A stretch of 64,000 bases of DNA from Phoronis australis (taxonomy: Eukaryota; Animalia; Phoronida). The DNA is taken from positions 255,407-319,406 of the forward strand of contig NMRA01000026.1 in the NCBI GenBank assembly GCA_002633005.1, written 5' to 3'. Shown here piece after piece: positions 13,501-23,422 of this stretch; the first letter of the stretch is position 1; every line of letters starts with the position of its first letter. Below the pieces are notes generated by a model. It saw only the letters and a list, made by a program, of their open reading frames with translations, did not search any database and was not told where the DNA came from. The position numbers were made by a program, and so were the translations under genes.

Positions 13501-16500
13501 TCCGAAAACGGGAGGCTAATGTCAACCTATTAATAAATGCCTATGTGCCAAATTTCATGAACATCGGTTGAGGACCTTTGAAGATACAGAGGAGAACGTA
13601 AAAAACTAAAACTGCCACTAGGCGCACAGCGGTATTCAGGTCGGTCTGAAACTAGTCGCCCTCTGTCGTCAACCCCATAGGAACATACATGCCAAATTTC
13701 AATAGGATCCTGCAAGGGGTTTAGGAGATAAAGCCGCGGACGCTGGACACCCAGAAAGAGATGACGCCAATATACGACCACATATAAATATGAGGGTGCA
13801 TATAAAGGGGAAACTGGAAATCAAATAAGAGGATATCGAAACCAAAAAAAAAGAAAATCCTCTCACAAGAGGAAATTCCAAGCCCTGGGCCTATGCCTAG
13901 TGATTAAGTGTACCTGCAAGTCCCGAGAGCCTTCCTGGCCCTGCTCTCGTCAAATCCCATATCTGTCAGCTGCCTGAGGGCGCTCTCATCCACTACATTA
14001 CTGGCTTGATCACTCATCTGATCTTTCATGATTTCTGAAAGAAATGGTCAAAAGGTTATTAAGTGAAATAATTTCCACCAGTAAATACATAACCGGCACT
14101 AACCCCAATCCGTCCACTGTCTGGGTGTAATCCAGTTATCAGGTAATAACAAGACATAATGACTTAATCAGCTAATCTCAGTGATCAGAACAAAATAGTG
14201 CAGTTGACACAACAAGCTTTAACAAACAGAAGGATGGCTTTGAATGGGAGTCAGACCGGATACTTGTGACCTCTGGAGGACAAGACAAAGGTATTTTCGC
14301 GATGTCAAACATGTTCACTTATGCCATCTGCTGACAATAAAAAGTAGCTCCTGCTACAGCCAGGTGGCGCTAAGAGCCACCAGTCCGATGTGATTAGTCA
14401 CTATTGCTTCCTGGAAGTTTCAAATAAAAGACTACAGATATATCAAGGGGTCAATAAATGGGTCGTTACACCACAGTGCCACAGCTGTGGTTTGGTCACA
14501 TAAAATTTTATGTCACACCTAATAGCACACCAATCAGGAACAATACAGTCTGCACTAAGAACAGTCAAAAGTCAACTGGAAAATCTGAGCTTTGACAACA
14601 TTTCACCTTCAGCCTCCTGGAATATCTTAGCAGCCTCAGGGTTGAGACAAAGGATCTTCTGGGCAGCGTCCATCAGAGTCACTAAGATACATCTGAGGTC
14701 GGTCTGGAACTAAACACAACAGCCTGCTACACACACACACTGATAACAAGACAAAGAAGACATGCTAGAGTTCAATAATGCTAAGACCTCGTTAGATATT
14801 GCCGCGTATTGTAAATGAGAACACACGAGTTTCGCAAGATTTTTCTCGCCGCGAGACAGCTACTGAACTCTACTCAGGTAGGATGGGCTATATGGTTAGA
14901 GAGTCAAGGTGCATTTCACAATAATGCAAAGTGGTCAAAGAGTGGCGTAAGTTGGGCTGTTATTGCAATATTTTTAGATAATTGGTTCACATATGAAGAC
15001 GAAGGTTTAAATGACTGCTGTGTAGGGTGCTCTTGTGTGATCAACTAGGACCTCTGGGTGTTTGGAATGCCAAAAATATATCTACATTGCATGACGCAGG
15101 CTATGTGAGTCCCCGAGGTATATCATTAGAGCTAAGGTTACCTGTTTGCAGATTTTTTTGTTTTCACATTTACGAGTTGTCAATGAATACAACCGCACTT
15201 TGTTTAGCGAAGATTTCGTTAAAATAGCCTTGTTGTTCAGTTCCTGCTATACATTAGCATAGAGCACGCAAATACATCATAAGGTCTCAACAGCCCTAGT
15301 ACAAAGTCTATCCAACAGATATGTCCACTTGTATCCACTGGAAGCTCACTTACGTCGCTGAAGGAGGTGGACACCTGAGGGGGTAGGACCACCTGCTGAG
15401 ACGGCAAGCCCTGAGTGGCGGCCTTGATAGCTATGGCGGAAGGACCCTTCTTTCTCGAGTCGCGCTGCAAGTACAGAACGACGACTTCGGTATACTTAAA
15501 TGCTAATTCTTCCACAGTTTGCACAAAGTTAAGCACTTTGCTACGTATACTTATCATCCACTACCAGAACACTTGGCTTTCCTCAATATCCAACTGGTGG
15601 TTTATGGGCCACGGTAATTAGCCCATTATGGTGAGCACCCAGCAGTATGAGTTAAGCAGTAAACTTGCTGCGGAATACTTTATATTTTTACAGTGAGAGC
15701 TCTAGTTTGGGACAGTCTCTGAAATTTGGGACACGGAAATTAAAGCGGGAATTGAATTTTCTTGATTCTAAAGAATATAGGTCACAGCCACTTTAGGTGC
15801 TAATCCTGTTTCTCAAATTTCAGGCATACCAATTTGACAATTGATAAAATTCAACAAAACTAGCCGACAACATAACCTTTTTGTGCATGTTAGAAGCTTG
15901 TAACATTAACATGCATTGAACGAGTGTTTGTCATTGACGGTAACTCCTGATCTTGGGATGACAAAGGTAATGCGGATTTCTAAAAATTGACGTTGACTAT
16001 ACATGAGTTAAAAACTATATCATAATAGCCGAGATTACCCGACCTCAGGAATGCAACCAGTGACCCCGATTTAACCGGCGAGTGTGCTAACCATTCAGCT
16101 AATAAGCAATTGCCCGTTATCAAGCGACTAACAGAGGCTCATGTATGATTGACCGGACGCATTTCCCAACATTCCCCCCTTTCCTATGAAATATTTTTGC
16201 CATGAACAGGAATATGGAGGTGTAAGTGTTCAAAAGTGCCGTAACTGTACCTCACGAGCCGAGAGGAAGGGCTCAGACGGCTGAAGACGCTTCCTAACCA
16301 ACAGGAGCTCATCTGAAAAAGAAGGACACATCATTGTATGGTGAACTTTTTTTCCAATTTCGAAAATAATATGGAAATATCTGGCAAAGTTTTGATATTC
16401 TAGCGAGGTTCTTGGGTTACTGAACTCTCTACCCGTAGCTTTAACTCTAGCTTCAGCTCTGATGGCCCTGATTTAGAGAACCAGTCAATCACTGAATATC

Positions 16501-16888
16501 GGGCCCGTTATTTAGTGGATGAAACTGGTTCTCTAAATCAGGGATCGCTATATCCAACCAGTGCCGCTCTAACCAGTTACTTAAAATAATTACTACCGTC
16601 ACTCAGCGAAAATGACTAACCATTGTTAGCAATTCCTGACCGTGAAACAGTGTCTGTATCAATCAATTGGTTGCCAGAGGCGACATGGACCAGTTGGTGA
16701 TACACAGACGACTTGGTTGTATCTTGAAACACACCGACTTTGCTCATCACCAACACCTTTAGTTTATCAATTTGCATGTCCGCCTCCACCTCACCCGACC
16801 ACACTGTGCCGTCCAAACAAACCACTTTAATCGGTATTTTGGAAGATCTAAAAAGACTCCTCTCCGGTGCACCGATTGGAAACACCAT
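7521..16888 (-). CDS. UBAC1: Ubiquitin-associated domain-containing protein 1 (KPC2; UBL-UBA-UBA-STI1); 10 coding exons 16888-16621, 16312-16251, 15464-15354, 14709-14607, 14034-13914, 10874-10781, 10174-10073, 9385-9299, 8550-8403, 7702-7521; ~425 aa
   Basis: Spliced translation contains [126 protein letters not shown], collinear with recalled human UBAC1. All junctions are GT-AG with consistent phases (1278 nt). Confidence 0.95.
10980..11280. other. Assembly gap (run of N) in UBAC1 intron 5, preceded by a 13-bp tandem repeat (ACAACCACGCCTG)n
   Basis: Directly visible. The flanking UBAC1 exon phases are compatible, so no coding exon needs to lie in the gap. Confidence 0.95.
11393..11752 (+). 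repeat. Partial copy of the internal repeat block of the element at 12481-13806
   Basis: Nearly identical to ~12955-13310 (GGTTTGGTCGACAGAGGGATGGACGCC...AAAACTGCCAC). Bracketed by a direct repeat CAAGTTCTATCA...TTTTGGGGTGAACTCTAA. Confidence 0.85.
12481..13806. mobile_element. Non-autonomous Helentron/DINE-1-like (HINE) element with internal ~150-bp tandem subunits
   Basis: Begins ACAAGAG and ends with an imperfect hairpin plus ATAAA. Internal ~445-455-bp higher-order repeat made of three ~150-bp subunits. Homologous ends occur at 32884-33562 and 39228-39291. The family assignment is inferred from architecture. Confidence 0.65.
15080..15285 (+). repeat. Interspersed repeat family A, copy 2
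   Basis: Matches 5620-5810 and 62015-62210 (GCATGACGCAGGCTATGTGAG...ATGAATACAACCGCACTTTGTTTAGC). Confidence 0.75.
16027..16185 (-). mobile_element. Degenerate tRNA-related SINE fragment in UBAC1 intron 2
   Basis: The minus strand shows an A-box-like TAGCTGAATGGTTAGCAC and a degenerate B-box GGTTGCATTCCC. Confidence 0.4.
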
Positions 16889-16989
16889 GGTGGAGTTTTA
16901 AGCGCAGCGACGAAGAACAAAACCCGCAAAGAAGCCGTCACATTTTACTCTTAGGCCCTACTGCGGGCGAAAAGGCCTAAAGTGTCTGT

Positions 16990-17030
16990 TAGGTACTTCC
17001 GGTTACATATTCGCCCTCTGGTGGATAATG
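16990..17030 (-). promoter_or_regulatory. UBAC1 proximal promoter motifs: ETS-type CCGGAAGT and CTCF-consensus CCACCAGAGGGCG
   Basis: The plus strand has ACTTCCGG near 16995 and CGCCCTCTGGTGG near 17012, about 110-140 bp upstream of the ATG, in a CpG-rich patch. Confidence 0.45.
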
Positions 17031-20000
17031 TTCCATCAGTTTGCAACATTTTGTGTGTATTTGAAAGTAATTTGGAAAATACACAACGTAGCAAAAATCG
17101 AAAATAAAGAAAAATACAGGCACCATCTGATACTTATGATAATTCACATATAACTCTGTTTGAAGTTTTTCTTTGAAGAGGCTGCTCGCCGACTGTACGT
17201 TTAAGTTTTCTGACTCACAACATGAGTATACAGTATAACCTGCACGCCTACCTGTATTTTTCAGTTTGTCAAATGTAAGATTTCATTTTTGAAAGCCGTT
17301 TTGTTGGAACCATAGTACCGGCGAAATTCAAAACTAAACTGAAACTGAAGTGCCGATAAAACACGATGTCAGTATTAAAATACAGAACGTCCCGACTGTC
17401 AGTACTAATTAAGAGGTTAAAAAGTCTTAGAAAAAAAAAATTCGTGTAATTTTAAAAACTCACTAAAAGTGATGTGACCGGGCGCATTTGTCTTAATAGC
17501 GAATCCTGTGCTTCAAAGTTAGGAGCACACCAAAACCATTTAGACTGTTTCATTTGGCCGGCCTAACAATTTAGTTAGGGAAAACCCCTTTTTCGTAATG
17601 AAGGTCATCGAGATGAAATATGCTTTAAAATATATATACAAACCTCAAAAAGTCAGATTAAACGTATTGCACATAGATTTTTACGAGCAAATTAATTCAG
17701 ATTTTAAAACTCAAGAGGATCAGTGTATGTCGCCCAAGGACCCCTCTGTGGCAAAGGATGACAGGGACACCAGTCGCTATTGTCAGTTTCTTTTTCATCT
17801 TGTACGATGTAAATTATGTATAAATTGGAGAACTATAGAGCCTGGTTATGTGGCCGCGATTGCTGTTCATTTCGATGTTTAGAATCACCGTATATGTCTC
17901 TGATGTACTGGCAACAACCATTTGGATAGGGGAGGAGTGATCAATCTGTCTTAGCGTTTCTATGATTGATATGTTTCTTTTAGGACTTGGCTGCTCACAT
18001 GGCGGGTCCGGCTTATCTAGTAAATTACCACACTTTCCCCGTTTTTGCGAACTATAACGCACCGAGTAAGGAAATCTTTTCTTGGTGACACTTTCCCTAT
18101 TTTTAAAATCATTTAGCCTCCCATAATAAATAACAGCTTTTCAATGCACTAGTCCTCTCATGCAGGGGCAACTCGGGGAAATTGCTTTGAACTGTCAACT
18201 ACTCATTAAGAGGGATGTGTATGTAGATATAGCAAAATATGGCGGATGAACGATTGAAGGAATAAGTGTTGAACATTATATGTTTAGGTCTAAAGGTGAT
18301 CCGTTATCGTGAATTGTTGAAATGTTTAGCGTTTGTAAATCCTATGATGGGGGTTGGGAGTGCTGGTGTGATAACTGCTCGTTGGCGTGTGGGGGGAGCA
18401 ACATGATGGCGATAGAAAGGATTGTGAAATTTACGAAAGGGGGCATAGCTTTAACGAAGGCAAATTAGTGTGGGTCCCTGGTGAGGTTGTTTTCCTTCAA
18501 CTGAGTCATGGCATTGTGAAAAGTTCGCCTGCACCGTTTTGGATAATAAGCTGATAGAGTTTCAACGGTTGATTCTGCTATCATGGCATCCGTTAAATAT
18601 TTTGGAGAATTTGTTGGAATTTCAATTACTTGTTTCAAGCGATTTTACATGTTAAAGGCAGCTCTTGCTTATTTCTTGCGGAGTGCAAACGTTCACACTT
18701 GACCAGACACAGCTGCGCGAAGCCAGTGTTGGTGTTCACCATACATGCTGGCAGTATGCCACATTTTCCTCAGACGTACGACACGTAGTTGCATGCTCTC
18801 GTAAATCCAGAAGTACCTAATGTAGATTTCAAGATTTGGCAAAAACACAAAAACGTGCTGATTTTGGCGCCATCTAATGGTGAGAGAGCTCACATCATAG
18901 GTTTAGATAACTTGACTACAAGATCAGAACGTGATTTGCCCTGCCTGGTGATGTCATCTTCGTGAGCGAAAGTGCAAGACCTTATTCAGGACAATTTGCC
19001 AGCGAGTTGAAAACCCCAAAATCTGAAAATTCCAGTAACACGTGCGCCCTAGTCTGAACGGCGTACTATTTTCAACAGTATAAAGGGACAAAAAACACCA
19101 CCCCTTGACAAAACCAACCTTTGATTCAGGCCACTTACTAAAATCGATAAAACTGGACCCAGCTTGTTCTTGTCATCGCCAATGAACCCTTATGAGAGGT
19201 TCACCTCTCAATCGGTGTCGACAGGCAGGTTGGTTAGAGGCCTATGAAGGAGTTTTAGTGCGGACGTACTCACACGTTACCTTGTAAAACCGCAATATTG
19301 ATAAGATCGCGTCTGTCTGTGAGTGTTGTCAGTAAACTGCGCAACAACCACTTTACATTGGAAAATAGCACCAGAATAGTTGGTAGCAAACACTAAAAAA
19401 ATCCTCAGTTAATTAGTTTCTTTTAATCTCGACCTCATCGATGAAGTAAGCCAATCTTTTTTTCTGTATTGTTCCGCAGATGCGGAAAACACCCTATGTT
19501 TAGTTCATCTAACGAAAACAAGGAAAAATCTTACATGTGGGTAAAGTGTAATCAACATAAACTGAAACGGATTATATGTTCGCAAATCTAGACATGTGCA
19601 TCGCATGTATGTTTTTCTAGAGTTTTGAAAGCTGTCCTAACGTGTGCAAAATATAATAGTCGTGAAGAAATCGGTGAAAATGTTGTCTTAAAGGTAATCT
19701 TAATGGTTTTTTTTTCAATTTTAAATCCCCAAATCTCACCACTTGTCACGTAAAACAGTTTAAGAATTATATAAAGTTTGTCTAAAATTCAATTCAATTT
19801 CATTCGTAACCAAACATAAGGGTGCGACAAAATGTTAAATGCAAAACACCTACGTCATTCCAGTGCAACAGGATGGAGTTCTTCATTAAAACTTGCAATT
19901 CTTGCGTTTTGCTGTTGGTATGGAAATGCGCGTCTAGCAGAAAGTTGTGACCAAAATAGTTTGTGGCATCGACGTTCTCTAATGCCCTGGGGCTATAATT

Positions 20001-21349
20001 TGTTACGGCAAATATTTGCCAGCCTGTACGAGTGAACCAACTCAAAAATTCCCCGTAAAGGAATTTTTCGCATCTATTTCCGCTTGCATGAAACAAGCAC
20101 CTGCAAAAAGGGAGTCAATAAAGTTCTCTGGATCTTTTATGTCGTTCACATGCTATTATCTACTATTATCAGCTGACCTTGACTAATGACACTTTTAATG
20201 ATATAAATAACCGAGACATTAAATTAGGGGTATTGGATTAGAAATCAATGCAGAGTTTATTCTTTTATTCCCGATTTGTGGTAAAATGTTGACTTAGAAA
20301 TGAAGCTAGATACAGCACAAGATATGTCGATGCGTGTTTGCACACTTCTACAAATTAGCAGTAGATTTAGTGATGGGTGATTTCTTTCATGCAAGCGGGC
20401 ATTGGCTGGCAGACCGTAACGCTACGCCACCTTTAGAACACAGTGTGTCTTGTGGGCTTGCATTACACACAAAACTATGACGCTATACGATAGTGCGTAC
20501 ACGTGAAGAAACACGGTATGTGTGAAACAACATGCTTTATTTACAAAAATAGATTAACTTTTTCAAAATTTATACATATAACGAGTAAAATCCCGAACTA
20601 GTCCACGACAATAGACACGCCTTCATTTACTAACTGGACCATTGCTTGAAGTACTTTGTCGTTAGTTTGTCGTCGTGGTGTCGTAAAACCAAAGCCTTGC
20701 ACCTTCCTTATCTACATGTATTTATGTCTGTTCATAAAATAGTAAACTTTTGATTTATTGCAATGATCAGTCAACTTAACAACACTCCTCCTCGGTGACT
20801 CCTACTCATGGTCAAAACACACATTCACTTTTGGCTAACTGACAGGTCTCAAACTTTGCTTTGTCATGATGGAATCTGTTTCTAGCTCTATCAGCAAAAA
20901 TCAAAAGAACGGACTCAGCTGCAACTGGTATGAGTGGCCGAGTTGAAAGCACTGGTAACATCTGAATACCCGAGGATCGGAAATTTTGATGGAATGAAAA
21001 TAATTTCTATCATGGCATAGACAAACTTGACCTACTGTACAATTTTCACGGTTAATAGGATGAAGTTTACGTAGCGCGCCAAAAAGAAATAGCGGGTCAC
21101 AATCTGAGGTGTGAACGAGCAGTGTGCGTGGCCTGGTACTACTGAAGTTTCTTGCATACATGAGACTCTGTACTTAGTTTCTTCCGGTTCTATTGTCATA
21201 TCACGGATGATACAAAGCCGCGAACTTCTTAGGAACGAACTACATGTATACTATTGTTGGCAGTTCTTGTCTTCAACGCCTACATAGCAAACAACATTTC
21301 GGCTCCCCGGATATTTTCCGTAAAATACTTCAACACGCATGATCGTCGC

Positions 21350-23197
21350 CTAACCAGAAGGGCAGCACTTGTAGGCTATGTTGACGTAGTCTACGGGTTT
21401 TTCCGTCGTCGTCTTCTTCATCCTTTTATTTCGCATGATGTTCTTAAAGGCTTCGATTATCTGCGAGTTACTCATGTTGCGCAAGTCTTTTGGCTTCAAG
21501 ACACTTCTTTTGTCAGACTTGTGCCGCCGGATGCTTCCACGCCCATCAACCAAGAGATCTGTGCAGAAGAAAAAGAACTAACACTGTACGTCATGAATAC
21601 AGAGAATAAATATATAATCACACACTGTGGAACTTTAAGCAACGTACACTATAAAAACTAATATTAGCATTCAAAATCAAACAGTTAGACATTTTTCGAG
21701 ATAAGATAAAAATGCCCGAGGATTGAGATGAGGAAGACTCAGTTCAAAATCGTCTGTCAAGTACTACTCGTGAAATTAAGTAGACACCTGATCGGAACGG
21801 AAAGCAAGACCTCTGACTTTTAGGTCCGCTTGTGCGTTCACGTGACTCTTTCTTCTCGTCAAAATTAATTAGTGCCGGTGTAATAATTTATTGGAACTAT
21901 AATTGATTTGCACAAAAATAAAGAGTACTGCATCCATAAACGTAAACACGCACGGCTTAAGATTTAATTACCAATACAAGTTTGCGATAGCTTGATTGAA
22001 ATTATAGTATCTGCTGAATTGTCTTTACGTCATAGGTTCTATTCAGTTTCAGCGTTGAGCCCTTACGGCATGGTATACGTCCGAGTTACGAGTCAGCAGT
22101 GTCTGTATTAGTGAACAATAACTGAAATGATAACTCATGTCCAGAACAATGTGTTGAACTGCACTTGAGTTCATTCGATTTTTGTCGTATCTTCACGCCT
22201 TCACGTGACCTGCAGTGCCAGTTAACGTTTTCTTAAGACAGACAGCTCAACTCGTTTGCGCGAGATTCGGTACATACGGTATTCACACACAAGTCGATAT
22301 GATTGTCGTCGGTTCCTCGGCGGTGTTGAAGCCCGGATTCGATGCAAACATCTAGTTACACTTCCAAGTGTTAGTCAGAATTTATTCCTACACGGCGCTC
22401 TTTCAAATTTGTTCACCATTGAACGAACGCATACAAGATTGCGCTTCATAAAATGTTCCTGTTTTGAAGGTCTTTGTTGATCAGGCTTATTCTATGTTTT
22501 AATCTGACAAAAAAAAGAAAATAATGAAGGCAATTTCGTGACGGACAGTGGTCTAAATTAAACGTTTTGTAGGGCGGGTTAACAGCTCGAGCGAGAGAAA
22601 AACTACGAACTAGGCACGTTTATAACCTCATTACATGTATATGAGGGGAGATAATTACCGTGACAAAGAAAGTGTCAAATGAAAATACATTTTAAGGCAA
22701 TTTCGTACCGGAAAGGGGTCTAGGTCGTGTTTATAGCCGCATTAGATGTATATGAGGGGAGATAACTATCGTGACATAGAAAGGTCAAATATTCGCATCT
22801 GTACATTAGAGAGTATTTTGACAGCTTGCTCATTTTGAAAGAACACCAATAGGTGTGTAAGCGTGCAGACGTTTAAAAGTTTCAAAATGTCGTTGTTGTT
22901 AACAGCATAACAGAATTGACTTTCCCTTCAAGTAAAAGAACCTAAAACTGACGAAAGCAAACTGAAAAGCAATTTGAAGACATCACAGGTTGATTGCAGA
23001 CAGCACAAACTAAAAGTCACTATCTGTACAAATTAGGTTTTAACCATTTACAATGTAGCGCGCATACCTGACAAAAGGCTCTTTTCTTCCGTATTCCTCT
23101 TGCGTAAACTTTTTAAAAACGGCGCTGCTTCACACGATTTCACGATGACGCACGCAATCAAGATAGTAGCTATCAAAATAGCTGCAAGTTTAGCCAT
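21350..23197 (-). CDS. Putative secreted precursor, 112 aa (exons 23197-23068 + 21558-21350); unknown family, possibly a disrupted cystine-knot growth-factor gene
   Basis: MAKLAAILIATILIACVIVKSCEA|APFLKSLRKR... reads as a signal peptide with an AxA-type cleavage site. Donor CAG|GTATGC and pyrimidine-rich acceptor CTGCACAG| join in phase 1. Several basic cleavage sites (RKR, RR, KR, RNKR). Ends ...NIAYKCCPSG*. Upstream TATA box and downstream AATAAA are present. Confidence 0.55.
22527..22790. repeat. Imperfect local direct duplication in the intron of the secreted-precursor locus
   Basis: AAGGCAATTTCGT...ATGTATATGAGGGGAGATAA...CGTGACA occurs twice (starting ~22527 and ~22693). Confidence 0.65.
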
Positions 23198-23414
23198 TGT
23201 TCACGTCTTTTAATTTGTTCGACGAATATGTACGACTGCGGTTACTGTATTAACTTTGACTATCGCGGACACTGTTGCTTGTGTAGCGCGATTTTTTTTT
23301 CACGATTTCTAAGGTCGACGAGACAGTAGAGCGTTCATCTGCTCACTGGCGCTGGTGGTAGATGTAGTACCGTGGTTAGCTGCGTAATAGTACAAATTTC
23401 TCTATCAGAACAAG

Positions 23415-23422
23415 TTTATATA
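23415..23422 (-). promoter_or_regulatory. TATA box (TATATAAA) of the secreted-precursor locus
   Basis: GGCTATATAAAC on the minus strand, ~220 nt upstream of ATG 23197. Confidence 0.5.

Noticed and set aside
21254-21661. 135-aa + strand ORF
   Set aside because: It is the antisense shadow of the minus-strand exon, with a TTG start and no homology.
23068-23197. Assignment of the secreted precursor to the calcitonin or PTH family (AAPF after the signal peptide; KR-SV start)
   Set aside because: There is no Cx5C ring or Pro-amide and no PTH-like core, so the similarity is too short to support.
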